Assembly (NCBI GenBank): GCA_964016885.1 | Contig: OZ024744.1 | Location: forward strand, 14,818,001-14,882,000 | Length of the DNA stretch: 64,000 bases | DNA from: Eledone cirrhosa | Lineage: Eukaryota | Reading direction: 5' to 3' | Shown: positions 48,533 through 64,000 of the stretch, in pieces | Position numbering within the stretch: the stretch's first letter is position 1 | Layout of the letters: every line of letters begins with the position of its first letter | Position numbers and translations under genes: made by a program | Notes under the pieces: model-generated | Seen by the model: the letters and a program-made list of their open reading frames with translations, nothing else | What the model was told of the DNA's origin: nothing | Database searches by the model: none

Positions 48533-51500
48533 CCAGCAATATGTAATGTAGATTACTCCAGCAATATGTAATGCAGATTCCTCCAGCAATATGTAATGTA
48601 GATTACTCCAGCAATATGTAATGTAGATTACTCCAGCAATATGTAATGTAGATTACTCCAGCAATATGTAATGTAGATTACTCCAGCAATATGTAATGTA
48701 TATTCAGCAATATGTAGTGCAGATTCCTCCAGCAATATGTAATGTAGATTACTCCAGCAATATGTAATGTATATTACTCCAGCAATATGTAATGTAGATT
48801 ACTCCAGCAATATGTAATGTATATTACTCCAGCAATATGTAATGTATATTACTCCAGCAATATGTAATGTATATTACTTCAGCAATATGTAATGTGGATT
48901 ACTCCAGACATATGTAATGTATATTACTCCAGCAATATGTAATGTAGATTACTTCAGCAATATGTAATATAGATTACTCCAGCAATATGTAATGTATATT
49001 ACTCCAGCAATATGTAATGTAGATTACTTCAGCAATATGTAATGTAGATTACTCCAGCAATATGTAATGTAGATTACTCCAGCAATATGTAATGTAGATT
49101 ACTCCAGCAATATGTAATGTATATTACTTCAGCAATATGTAATGTAGATTACTCCAGCAATATGTAATGTAGATTACTCCAGCAATATGTAATGTAGATT
49201 ACTTCAGCAATATGTAATGTAGATTACTCCAGCAATATGTAATGTAGATTACTTCAGCAATATGTAATGTAGATTACTCCAGCAATATGTAATGTAGATT
49301 ACTCCAGCAATATGTAATGTAGATTACTCCAGCAATATGTAATGTAGATTACTCCAGCAATATGTAATGTAGATTACTCCAGACATATGTAATGTATATT
49401 ACTCCAGCAATATGTAATGTAGATTACTTCAGCAATATGTAATATAGATTACTCCAGCAATATGTAATGTATATTACTCCAGCAATATGTAATGTAGATT
49501 ACTTCAGCAATATGTAATGTAGATTACTCCAGCAATATGTAATGTAGATTACTCCAGCAATATGTAATGTAGATTACTTCAGCAATATGTAATGTAGATT
49601 ACTCCAGCAATATGTAATGTAGATTACTTCAGCAATATGTAATGTAGATTACTCCAGCAATATGTAATGTAGATTACTCCAGCAATATGTAATGTAGATT
49701 ACTCCAGCAATATGTAATGTAGATTACTCCATCAATATGTAATGTAGATTACTTCAGCAATATGTAATGTATATTACTCCAGCAATATGTAATGTAGATT
49801 ACTCCAGCAATATGTAATGTAGATTACTCCAGCAATATGTAATGTATATTACTCCATCAATATGTAATGTAGATTACTCCATCAATATGTAATGTAGATT
49901 ACTCCAGCAATATGTAATGTAGATTACTCCAGCAATATGTAATGTAGATTACTCCAGCAATATGTAATGTAGATTACTCCATCAATATGTAATGTAGATT
50001 ACTTCAGCAATATGTAATGTATATTACTCCATCAATATGTAATGAAGATTACTCCAGCAATATGTAATGTATATTACTCCAGCAATATGTAATGTATATT
50101 ACTCCAGCAATATGTAATGTAGATTACTCCAGCAATATGTAATGTAGATTACTCCAGCAAAATGTAATGTAGATTACTCCAGCAATATGTAATGTAGATT
50201 ACTCCATCAATATGTAATGTAGATTACTTCAGCAATATGTAATGTATATTACTCCAGCAATATGTAATGTAGATTACTCCATCAATATGTAATGTAGATT
50301 ACTTCAGCAATATGTAATGTAGATTACTTCAGCAATATGTAATGTAGATTACTTCAGCAATATGTAATGTAGATTACTTCAGCAATATGAAATGTATATT
50401 ACTTCAGCAATATGTAATGTATATTACTTCAGCAATATGTAATGTATATTACTTCAGCAATATGTAATGTATATTACTCCAGCAATATGTAATGTAGATT
50501 ACTCCAGCAATATGTAATGTAGATTACTCCAGCAATATGTAATGTAGATTACTCCAGCAATATGTAATATAGATTCCTCCAGAAATATGTAATGTATATT
50601 ACTCCAGCAATATGTAATGTAGATTACTCCAGCAATATGTAATGTATATTACTCCAGCAATATGTAATGTAGATTACTCCAGCAATATGTAATGTATATT
50701 ACTCCAGCAATATGTAATGTAGATTACTCCAGAAAATATGTAATGTATATTACTTCAGCAATATGTAATGTATATTACTCCAGCAATATGTAATGTAGAT
50801 TACTCCAGCAATATGTAATGTAGATTACTCCAGCAATATGTAATATAGATTCCTCCAGAAATATGTAATGTAGATTACTCCAGCAATATGTAATGTATAT
50901 TACTCCAGCAATATGTAATGAATATTACTCCAGCAATATGTAATGTAGATAACTCCAGCAATATGTAATGTAGATTACTCCAGCAATATGTAATGTAGAT
51001 TACTTCAGCAATATGTAATATAGATTACTCCAGCAATATGTAATGTATATTACTCCAGCAATATGTAATGTAGATTACTTCAGCAATATGTAATGTAGAT
51101 TACTCCAGCAATATGTAATGTAGATTACTCCAGCAATATGTAATGTATATTACTCCATCAATATGTAATGTAGATTACTCCATCAATATGTAATGTATAT
51201 TACTCCAGCAATATGTAATGTAGATTACTTCAGCAATATGTAATGTATATTACTCCAGCAATATGTAATGTAGATTACTCCAGCAATATGTAATGTAGAT
51301 TACTCCAGCAATATGTAATGTAGATTACTCCATCAATATGTAATGTAGATTACTTCAGCAATATGTAATGTATATTACTCCAGCAATATGTAATGTAGAT
51401 TACTCCAGCAATATGTAATGTAGATTACTCCAGCAATATGTAATGTATATTACTCCATCAATATGTAATGTAGATTACTCCATCAATATGTAATGTAGAT

Positions 51501-54500
51501 TACTCCAGCAATATGTAATGTAGATTACTCCAGCAATATGTAATGTAGATTACTCCAGCAATATGTAATGTAGATTACTCCATCAATATGTAATGTAGAT
51601 TACTTCAGCAATATGTAATGTATATTACTCCATCAATATGTAATGAAGATTACTCCAGCAATATGTAATGTATATTACTCCAGCAATATGTAATGTATAT
51701 TACTCCAGCAATATGTAATGTAGATTACTCCAGCAATATGTAATGTAGATTACTCCAGCAAAATGTAATGTAGATTACTCCAGCAATATGTAATGTAGAT
51801 TACTCCATCAATATGTAATGTAGATTACTTCAGCAATATGTAATGTATATTACTCCAGCAATATGTAATGTAGATTACTCCATCAATATGTAATGTAGAT
51901 TACTTCAGCAATATGTAATGTAGATTACTTCAGCAATATGTAATGTAGATTACTTCAGCAATATGTAATGTAGATTACTTCAGCAATATGAAATGTATAT
52001 TACTTCAGCAATATGTAATGTATATTACTTCAGCAATATGTAATGTATATTACTTCAGCAATATGTAATGTATATTACTCCAGCAATATGTAATGTAGAT
52101 TACTCCAGCAATATGTAATGTAGATTACTCCAGCAATATGTAATGTAGATTACTCCAGCAATATGTAATATAGATTCCTCCAGAAATATGTAATGTATAT
52201 TACTCCAGCAATATGTAATGTAGATTACTCCAGCAATATGTAATGTATATTACTCCAGCAATATGTAATGTAGATTACTCCAGCAATATGTAATGTATAT
52301 TACTCCAGCAATATGTAATGTAGATTACTCCAGAAAATATGTAATGTATATTACTTCAGCAATATGTAATGTATATTACTCCAGCAATATGTAATGTAGA
52401 TTACTCCAGCAATATGTAATGTAGATTACTCCAGCAATATGTAATATAGATTCCTCCAGAAATATGTAATGTAGATTACTCCAGCAATATGTAATGTATA
52501 TTACTCCAGCAATATGTAATGAATATTACTCCAGCAATATGTAATGTAGATAACTCCAGCAATATGTAATGTAGATTACTCCAGCAATATGTAATGTAGA
52601 TTACTTCAGCAATATGTAATATAGATTACTCCAGCAATATGTAATGTATATTACTCCAGCAATATGTAATGTAGATTACTTCAGCAATATGTAATGTAGA
52701 TTACTCCAGCAATATGTAATGTAGATTACTCCAGCAATATGTAATGTATATTACTCCATCAATATGTAATGTAGATTACTCCATCAATATGTAATGTATA
52801 TTACTCCAGCAATATGTAATGTAGATTACTTCAGCAATATGTAATGTATATTACTCCAGAAATATGTAATGTAGATTACTTCAGCAATATGTAATGTAGA
52901 TTACTCCAGCAATATGTAATGTAGATTACTCCAGCAATATGTAATGTAGATTACTCCAGCAATATGTAATGTAGATTACTCCATCAATATGTAATGTAGA
53001 TTACTTCAGCAATATGTAATGTATATTACTCCATCAATATGTAATGAAGATTACTCCAGCAATATGTAATGTATATTACTCCAGCAATATGTAATGTATA
53101 TTACTACAGCAATATGTAATGTAGATTACTCCAGAAATATGTAATGTAGATTACTCCAGCAAAATGTAATGTAGATTACTCCAGCAATATGTAATGTAGA
53201 TTACTCCATCAATATGTAATGTAGATTACTTCAGCAATATGTAATGTATATTACTCCAGCAATATGTAATGTAGATTACTTCAGCAATATGTAATGTAGA
53301 TTACTTCAGCAATATGTAATGTAGATTACTTCAGCAATATGTAATGTAGATTACTTCAGCAATATGAAATGTATATTACTTCAGCAATATGTAATGTATA
53401 TTACTTCAGCAATATGTAATGTATATTACTTCAGCAATATGTAATGTATATTACTCCAGCAATATGTAATGTAGATTACTCCAGCAATATGTAATGTAGA
53501 TTACTCCAGCAATATGTAATGTAGATTACTCCAGCAATATGTAATATAGATTCCTCCAGAAATATGTAATGTATATTACTCCAGCAATATGTAATGTAGA
53601 TTACTCCAGCAATATGTAATGTATATTACTCCAGCAATATGTAATGTAGACTACTCCAGCAATATGTAATGTATATTACTCCAGCAATATGTAATGTAGA
53701 TTACTCCAGCAATATGTAATGTAGATTACTCCAGCAATATGTAATGTAGATTACTTCAGCAATATGTAATGTAGATTACTCCAGCAATATGTAATGTAGA
53801 TTACTCCAGCAATATGTAATGTAGATTACTCCAGCAATATGTAATGTAGATTACTCCAGCAATATGTAATGTAGATTATTTCAGCAATATGTAATATAGA
53901 TTACTCCAGCAATATGTAATGTATATTACTCCAGCAATATGTAATGTAGATTACTTCAGCAATATGTAATGTAGATTACTCCAGCAATATGTAATGTAGA
54001 TTACTTCAGCAATATGTAATGTAGATTACTCCAGCAATATGTAATGTAGATTACTCCAGCAATATGTAATGTAGATTACTCCAGCAATATGTAATGTAGA
54101 TTACTCCAGCAATATGTAATGTAGATTACTCCAGACATATGTAATGTATATTACTCCAGCAATATGTAATGTAGATTACTTCAGCAATATGTAATATAGA
54201 TTACTCCAGCAATATGTAATGTATATTACTCCAGCAATATGTAATGTAGATTACTTCAGCAATATGTAATGTAGATTACTCCAGCAATATGTAATGTAGA
54301 TTACTCCAGCAATATGTAATGTAGATTACTCCAGCAATATGTAATGTAGATTACTTCAGCAATATGTAATGTAGATTACTCCAGCAATATGTAATGTAGA
54401 TTACTTCAGCAATATGTAATGTAGATTACTCCAGCAATATGTAATGTAGATTACTCCAGCAATATGTAATGTAGATTACTCCAGCAATATGTAATGTAGA

Positions 54501-57500
54501 TTACTCCATCAATATGTAATGTAGATTACTTCAGCAATATGTAATGTATATTACTCCAGCAATATGTAATGTAGATTACTCCAGCAATATGTAATGTAGA
54601 TTACTCCAGCAATATGTAATGTATATTACTCCATCAATATGTAATGTAGATTACTCCATCAATATGTAATGTAGATTACTCCAGCAATATGTAATGTAGA
54701 TTACTCCAGCAATATGTAATGTAGATTACTCCAGCAATATGTAATGTAGATTACTCCATCAATATGTAATGTAGATTACTTCAGCAATATGTAATGTATA
54801 TTACTCCATCAATATGTAATGAAGATTACTCCAGCAATATGTAATGTAGATTACTCCAGCAATATGTAATGTAGATTACTCCAGCAAAATGTAATGTAGA
54901 TTACTCCAGCAATATGTAATGTAGATTACTCCATCAATATGTAATGTAGATTACTTCAGCAATATGTAATGTATATTACTCCAGCAATATGTAATGTAGA
55001 TTACTCCATCAATATGTAATGTAGATTACTTCAGCAATATGTAATGTAGATTACTTCAGCAATATGTAATGTAGATTACTTCAGCAATATGTAATGTAGA
55101 TTACTTCAGCAATATGAAATGTATATTACTTCAGCAATATGTAATGTATATTACTTCAGCAATATGTAATGTATATTACTTCAGCAATATGTAATGTATA
55201 TTACTCCAGCAATATGTAATGTAGATTACTCCAGCAATATGTAATGTAGATTACTCCAGCAATATGTAATGTAGATTACTCCAGCAATATGTAATATAGA
55301 TTCCTCCAGAAATATGTAATGTATATTACTCCAGCAATATGTAATGTAGATTACTCCAGCAATATGTAATGTATATTACTCCAGCAATATGTAATGTAGA
55401 TTACTCCAGCAATATGTAATGTATATTACTCCAGCAATATGTAATGTAGATTACTCCAGAAAATATGTAATGTATATTACTTCAGCAATATGTAATGTAT
55501 ATTACTCCAGCAATATGTAATGTAGATTACTCCAGCAATATGTAATGTAGATTACTCCAGCAATATGTAATATAGATTCCTCCAGAAATATGTAATGTAG
55601 ATTACTCCAGCAATATGTAATGTATATTACTCCAGCAATATGTAATGAATATTACTCCAGCAATATGTAATGTAGATAACTCCAGCAATATGTAATGTAG
55701 ATTACTTCAGCAATATGTAATATAGATTACTCCAGCAATATGTAATGTATATTACTCCAGCAATATGTAATGTAGATTACTTCAGCAATATGTAATGTAG
55801 ATTACTCCAGCAATATGTAATGTAGATTACTCCAGCAATATGTAATGTATATTACTCCATCAATATGTAATGTAGATTACTCCATCAATATGTAATGTAG
55901 ATTACTCCAGCAATATGTAATGTAGATTACTCCAGCAATATGTAATGTAGATTACTCCAGCAATATGTAATGTAGATTACTCCATCAATATGTAATGTAG
56001 ATTACTTCAGCAATATGTAATGTATATTACTCCATCAATATGTAATGAAGATTACTCCAGCAATATGTAATGTATATTACTCCAGCAATATGTAATGTAT
56101 ATTACTACAGCAATATGTAATGTAGATTACTCCAGAAATATGTAATGTAGATTACTCCAGCAAAATGTAATGTAGATTACTCCAGCAATATGTAATGTAG
56201 ATTACTCCATCAATATGTAATGTAGATTACTTCAGCAATATGTAATGTATATTACTCCAACAATATGTAATGTAGATTACTTCAGCAATATGTAATGTAG
56301 ATTACTCCAGCAATATGTAATATAGATTCCTCCAGAAATATGTAATGTATATTACTCCAGCAATATGTAATGTAGATTACTCCAGCAATATGTAATGTAT
56401 ATTACTCCAGCAATATGTAATGTAGACTACTCCAGCAATATGTAATGTATATTACTCCAGCAATATGTAATGTAGATTACTTCAGCAATATGTAATGTAT
56501 ATTACTTCAGCAATATGTAATGTATATTACTTCAGCAATATGTAATGTATATTACTCCAGCAATATGTAATGTAGATTACTCCAGCAATATGTAATGTAG
56601 ATTACTCCAGCAATATGTAATGTAGATTACTCCAGCAATATGTAATATAGATTCCTCCAGAAATATGTAATGTATATTACTCCAGCAATATGTAATGTAG
56701 ATTACTCCAGCAATATGTAATGTATATTACTCCAGCAATATGTAATGTAGACTACTCCAGCAATATGTAATGTATATTACTCCAGCAATATGTAATGTAG
56801 ATTACTTCAGCAATATGTAATGTATATTACTCCAGCAATATGTAATGTAGATTACTCCAGAAAATATGTAATGTATATTACTTCAGCAATATGTAATGTA
56901 TATTACTCCAGCAATATGTAATGTAGATTACTCCAGCAATATGTAATGAATATTACTCCAGCAATATGTAATGTAGATTACTCCAGCAATATGTAATGTA
57001 TATTACTCCAGCAATATGTAATGAATATTACTCCAGCAATATGTAATGTAGATTACTCCAGCAATATGTAATGTAGATTACTCCAGCATTATGTAATGTA
57101 TATTACTTCAGCAATATGTAATGTATATTACTCCAGTAATATGTAATGAAGATTACCTCAGCAATATGTAATGTATATTACTCCAGCAATATGTAATGTA
57201 GATTACATCAGCAATATGTAATGTAGATTACTTCAGCAATATGTAATGTATATTACTCCAGCAATATGTAATGTAGATTACTCCAGCAATATGTAATGTA
57301 GATTACTCCAGCAATATGTAATGTAGATTACTTCAGCAATACGTAATGTATATGACTTCAGCAATATGTAATGTAGATTACTCCAGCAATATGTAATGTA
57401 GATTACTTCAGTAATACGTAATGTATATTACTCCAGAAATATGTAATGTATATTACTCAAGCAATATGTAATGTAGATTACTCCAGCAATATGTAATGTA

Positions 57501-60500
57501 GATTACTTCAGCAATATGTAATGTAGATTACTCCAACAATATTTAATATAGATTACTCCAGCAATATGTAATGTAGATTACTCCAGCAATATGTAATGTA
57601 GAATACTCCAACAATATGTAATGTAGATTACTCCAGCAATATGTAATGTATATTACTCCAGCAATATGTAATGTAGATTACTTCAGCAATATGTAATGTA
57701 GATTGCTCCAGCAATATGTAATGTAGATTACTTCAGCAATACGTAATGTAGATTACTTCAGCAATACGTAATGTATATTACTCCAGAAATATGTAATGTA
57801 GATTACTCAAGCAATATGTAATGTAGATTACTCCAGCAATATGTAATGTATATTACTCCAGCAATATTTAATATAGATTACTCCAGCAATATGTAATGTA
57901 TATTACTCCAGCAATATGTAATGTAGATTACTTCAGCAATATGTAATGTATATTACTCCAGCAATATGTAATGTAGATTACTCCAGAAAATATGTAATGT
58001 ATATTACTCCAGCAATATGTAATGTAGATAACTCCAGCAATATGTAATGTAGATTACTCTAGCAATATGTAATGTAGATTACTCCAGCATTATGTAATGT
58101 ATGTTACTTCAGCAATATGTAATGTATATTACTTCAGCAATATGTAATGTATATTACTCCAGCAATATGTAATGTAGATTACATCAGCAATATGTAATGT
58201 ATATTACTCCAGCAATATGTAATGTAGATTACATCAGCAATATGTAATGTAGATTACTTCAGCAATATGTAATGTATATTACTCCAGCAATATGTAATGT
58301 AGATTACTCCAGCAATATGTAATGTAGATTACTCCAACAATATGTAATGTATATTACTCCAGCAATATGTAATGTAGATTACTCCAGCAATATGTAATGT
58401 AGATTACTTCAGCAATATGTAATGTATATTACTCCAGAAATATGTAATGTATATTACTCCAGCAATATGTAATGTAGATTACTTCAGCAATACGTAATGT
58501 AGATTAGTCCAGCAATATGTAATGTATATTACTCAAGCAATATTTAATATAGATTACTCCAGCAATATGTAATTTAGATTACTTCATCAATATGTAATGT
58601 AGATTACTCCAGCTATATGTAATGTAGATTACTCCAGCAATATGTAATGTAGATTACTCCAGCAATATGTAATGTATATTACTCCAGCGATATGTAATGT
58701 AGATTACTCCAGCAATATGTAATGTATATTACTCCAACAATATGTAATGTATATTACTCCAGCAATATGTAATGTAGATTACTCCAGCAATATGCAATGT
58801 ATATTACTTCAGCAATATGTAATGTAGATTACTCCAGCAATATGTAATGTATATTACTCCAGCACTATGTAATGTAGATTACTCCAGCAATATGTAATGT
58901 AGATTACTCCAACAATATGTAATGTATATTACTCCAGCAATATTTAATATATATTACTTCAGCAATATGTAATGTAGAATACATCAGCAATATATAATGT
59001 AGATTACTCCAGCAATATGTAATGTAGATTACTCCAGCAATATGTAATGTAGATTACTCCAGCAATATGTAATGTATATTACTCCAGCAATATGTAATGT
59101 AGATTACTCCAGCAATATGTAATGTATATTACTCCAGCAATATGTAATGTATATTACTCCAGCAATATGTAATGTATATTACTCCAGCAATATGTAATGT
59201 AGATTACTCCAGCAATATGTAATGTATATTCAGCAATATGTAATGTATATTACTCCAGCAATATGTAATATAGATTACTTCAGCAATATGTAATGTATAT
59301 TACTTCAGCAATATGTAATGTATATTACTCCAGCAATATGTAATGTATATTACTCCAGCGATATGTAATGTAGATTACTCCAGCAATATGTAATGTATAT
59401 TACTCCAGCAATATGTAATGTATATTACTCCAGCAATATGTAATGTAGATTACTCCAGCAATATGCAATGTATATTACTTCAGCAATATGTAATGTAGAT
59501 TACTCCAGCAATATGTAATGTATATTACTCCAGCACTATGTAATGTAGATTACTCCAGCAATATGTAATGTAGATTACTCCAACAATATGTAATGTATAT
59601 TACTCCAGCAATATGTAATGTATATTACTAGAGCAATATGTAATGTAGATTACTCCAGCAATATGTAATGTATATTACTCCAGCAATATGTAATGTAGAT
59701 TACTTCAGCAATATGTAATGTATATTACTCCAGCAATATGTAATGTAGATTACTCCAGAAAATATGTAATGTATATTACTCCAGCAATATGTAATGTAGA
59801 TAACTCCAGCAATATGTAATGTAGATTACTCTAGCAATATGTAATGTAGATTACTCCAGCATTATGTAATGTATGTTACTTCAGCAATATGTAATGTATA
59901 TTACTTCAGCAATATGTAATGTATATTACTCCAGTAATATGTAATGAAGATTACCTCAGCAATATGTAATGTATATTACTCCAGCAATATGTAATGTAGA
60001 TTACATCAGCAATATGTAATGTAGATTACTTCAGCAATATGTAATGTATATTACTCCAGCAATATGTAATGTAGATTACTCCAGCAATATGTAATGTAGA
60101 TTACTTCAGCAATACGTAATGTATATGACTTCAGCAATATGTAATGTAGATTACTCCAGCAATATGTAATGTAGATTACTTCAGCAATACGTAATGTATA
60201 TTACTCCAGAAATATGTAATGTATATTACTCAAGCAATATGTAATGTAGATTACTTCAGCAATACGTAATGTATATTAGTCCAGAAATATGTAATGTATA
60301 TTACTCAAGCAATATGTAATGTAGATTACTCCAGCAATATGTAATTTAGATTACTTCAGACAATATGTAATGTAGATTACTCCAGCAATATGTAACGTAG
60401 ATTACTCCAGCAATATGTAATGTAGATTACTCCAGCAATATGTAATGTAGATTACTCCAGCAATATGTAATGTAGATTACTCCAGCAATATGTAATGTAG

Positions 60501-63500
60501 ATTACTTCAGCAATACGTAATGTATATTACTCCAGAAATATGTAATGTATATTACTCAAGCAATATTTAATGTAGATTACTTCAGCAATACGTAATGTAT
60601 ATTAGTCCAGAAATATGTAATGTATATTACTCAAGCAATATGTAATGTAGATTACTCCAGCAATATGTAATTTAGATTACTTCAGCAATATGTAATGTAG
60701 ATTACTCCAGCTATATGTAATGTAGATTACTCCAGCAATATGTAATGTAGATTACTCCAGCAATATGTAATGTATATTACTCCAGCGATATGTAATGTAG
60801 ATTACTCCAGCAATATGTAATGTATATTACTCCAGCAATATGTAATGTATATTACTCCAGCAATATGTAATGTAGATTACTCCAGCAATATGCAATGTAT
60901 ATTACTTCAGCAATATGTAATGTAGATTACTCCAGCAATATGTAATGTATATTACTCCAGCACTATGTAATGTAGATTACTCCAGCAATATGTAATGTAG
61001 ATTACTCCAACAATATGTAATGTATATTACTCCAGCAATATTTAATATATATTACTTCAGCAATATGTAATGTAGAATACATCAGCAATATATAATGTAG
61101 ATTACTCCAGCAATATGTAATGTAGATTACTCCAGCAATATGTAATGTAGATTACTCCAGCAATATGTAATGTATATTACTCCAGCAATATGTAATGTAG
61201 ATTACTCCAGCAATATGTAATGTATATTACTCCAGCAATATGTAATGTATATTACTCCAGCAATATGTAATGTATATTACTCCAGCAATATGTAATGTAG
61301 ATTACTCCAGCAATATGTAATGTATATTCAGCAATATGTAATGTATATTACTCCAGCAATATGTAATATAGATTACTTCAGCAATATGTAATGTATATTA
61401 CTTCAGCAATATGTAATGTATATTACTCCAGCAATATGTAATGTATATTACTCCAGCGATATGTAATGTAGATTACTCCAGCAATATGTAATGTATATTA
61501 CTCCAGCAATATGTAATGTATATTACTCCAGCAATATGTAATGTAGATTACTCCAGCAATATGCAATGTATATTACTTCAGCAATATGTAATGTAGATTA
61601 CTCCAGCAATATGTAATGTATATTACTCCAGCACTATGTAATGTAGATTACTCCAGCAATATGTAATGTAGATTACTCCAACAATATGTAATGTATATTA
61701 CTCCAGCAATATGTAATGTATATTACTAGAGCAATATGTAATGTAGATTACTCCAGCAATATGTAATGTATATTACTCCAGCAATATGTAATGTAGATTA
61801 CTTCAGCAATATGTAATGTATATTACTCCAGCAATATGTAATGTAGATTACTCCAGAAAATATGTAATGTATATTACTCCAGCAATATGTAATGTATATT
61901 ACTTCAGCAATATGTAATGTATATTACTCCAGCAATATTTAATATAGATTACTCCAGCAATATGTAATGTATATTACTCCAGCAATATGTAATGTAGATT
62001 ACTTCAGCAATATGTAATGTATATTACTCCAGCAATATGTAATGTAGATTACTCCAGAAAATATGTAATGTATATTACTCCAGCAATATGTAATGTAGAT
62101 AACTCCAGCAATATGTAATGTAGATTACTCTAGCAATATGTAATGTAGATTACTCCAGCATTATGTAATGTATGTTACTTCAGCAATATGTAATGTATAT
62201 TACTTCAGCAATATGTAATGTATATTACTCCAGCAATATGTAATGTAGATTACATCAGCAATATGTAATGTATATTACTCCAGCAATATGTAATGTAGAT
62301 TACATCAGCAATATGTAATGTAGATTACTTCAGCAATATGTAATGTATATTACTCCAGCAATATGTAATGTAGATTACTCCAGCAATATGTAATGTAGAT
62401 TACTCCAACAATATGTAATGTATATTACTCCAGCAATATGTAATGTAGATTACTTCAGCAATATGTAATGTATATTACTCCAGAAATATGTAATGTATAT
62501 TACTCCAGCAATATGTAATGTAGATTACTTCAGCAATACGTAATGTAGATTAGTCCAGCAATATGTAATGTATATTACTCAAGCAATATTTAATATAGAT
62601 TACTCCAGCAATATGTAATTTAGATTACTTCATCAATATGTAATGTAGATTACTCCAGCTATATGTAATGTAGATTACTCCAGCAATATGTAATGTAGAT
62701 TACTCCAGCAATATGTAATGTATATTACTCCAGCGATATGTAATGTAGATTACTCCAGCAATATGTAATGTATATTACTCCAACAATATGTAATGTATAT
62801 TACTCCAGCAATATGTAATGTAGATTACTCCAGCAATATGCAATGTATATTACTTCAGCAATATGTAATGTAGATTACTCCAGCAATATGTAATGTATAT
62901 TACTCCAGCACTATGTAATGTAGATTACTCCAGCAATATGTAATGTAGATTACTCCAACAATATGTAATGTATATTACTCCAGCAATATTTAATATATAT
63001 TACTTCAGCAATATGTAATGTAGAATACATCAGCAATATATAATGTAGATTACTCCAGCAATATGTAATGTAGATTACTCCAGCAATATGTAATGTAGAT
63101 TACTCCAGCAATATGTAATGTATATTACTCCAGCAATATGTAATGTAGATTACTCCAGCAATATGTAATGTATATTACTCCAGCAATATGTAATGTATAT
63201 TACTCCAGCAATATGTAATGTATATTACTCCAGCAATATGTAATGTAGATTACTCCAGCAATATGTAATGTATATTCAGCAATATGTAATGTATATTACT
63301 CCAGCAATATGTAATATAGATTACTTCAGCAATATGTAATGTATATTACTTCAGCAATATGTAATGTATATTACTCCAGCAATATGTAATGTATATTACT
63401 CCAGCGATATGTAATGTAGATTACTCCAGCAATATGTAATGTATATTACTCCAGCAATATGTAATGTATATTACTCCAGCAATATGTAATGTAGATTACT

Positions 63501-64000
63501 CCAGCAATATGCAATGTATATTACTTCAGCAATATGTAATGTAGATTACTCCAGCAATATGTAATGTATATTACTCCAGCACTATGTAATGTAGATTACT
63601 CCAGCAATATGTAATGTAGATTACTCCAACAATATGTAATGTATATTACTCCAGCAATATGTAATGTATATTACTAGAGCAATATGTAATGTAGATTACT
63701 CCAGCAATATGTAATGTATATTACTCCAGCAATATGTAATGTAGATTACTTCAGCAATATGTAATGTATATTACTCCAGCAATATGTAATGTAGATTACT
63801 CCAGAAAATATGTAATGTATATTACTCCAGCAATATGTAATGTAGATAACTCCAGCAATATGTAATGTAGATTACTCTAGCAATATGTAATGTAGATTAC
63901 TCCAGCATTATGTAATGTATGTTACTTCAGCAATATGTAATGTATATTACTTCAGCAATATGTAATGTATATTACTCCAGTAATATGTAATGAAGATTAC
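48533..64000. repeat. Tandem satellite, 25-bp unit CCAGCAATATGTAATGTA(G/T)ATTACT, about 620 copies in the window, running off the right edge; intronic in AK7
   Basis: Read directly: the pattern recurs every 50 nt (2 x 25), with occasional 26-bp and shortened units. Confidence 0.98.

Noticed and set aside
1-64000. CRISPR-like arrays (25-48-bp repeats)
   Set aside because: The units are contiguous with no unique spacers, there are no cas genes, and the context is spliceosomal introns.

Overview
Eukaryotic (metazoan) genomic DNA. The dispersed repeats resemble octopus/cephalopod SINE and RTE families, but that assignment is from recall and unverified. The whole window lies inside one minus-strand gene, adenylate kinase 7 (AK7, a ciliary/flagellar gene). 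Four internal coding exons are visible (47093-46944, 44708-44580, 11356-11095, 10904-10647; 799 bp in total), all with GT-AG sites and compatible phases. About 84% of the window is three unrelated tandem arrays, each in a different AK7 intron: a 26-bp unit (1-10039), a 48-bp unit (11915-39889) and a 25-bp unit (48533-64000). The long hydrophobic ORFs in the ORF track are translations of the 48-bp repeat, not genes. The non-satellite part holds a 2,043-bp near-perfect palindrome about 550 bp downstream of the P-loop exon, RTE LINE fragments (one with a 5' inversion), a Penelope-like RT fragment, SINE remnants and microsatellites. The best candidates for new biology are the satellite-inflated introns carrying sense-strand poly(A) and splice-donor motifs, and the long intronic hairpin. 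No function is demonstrated for either.
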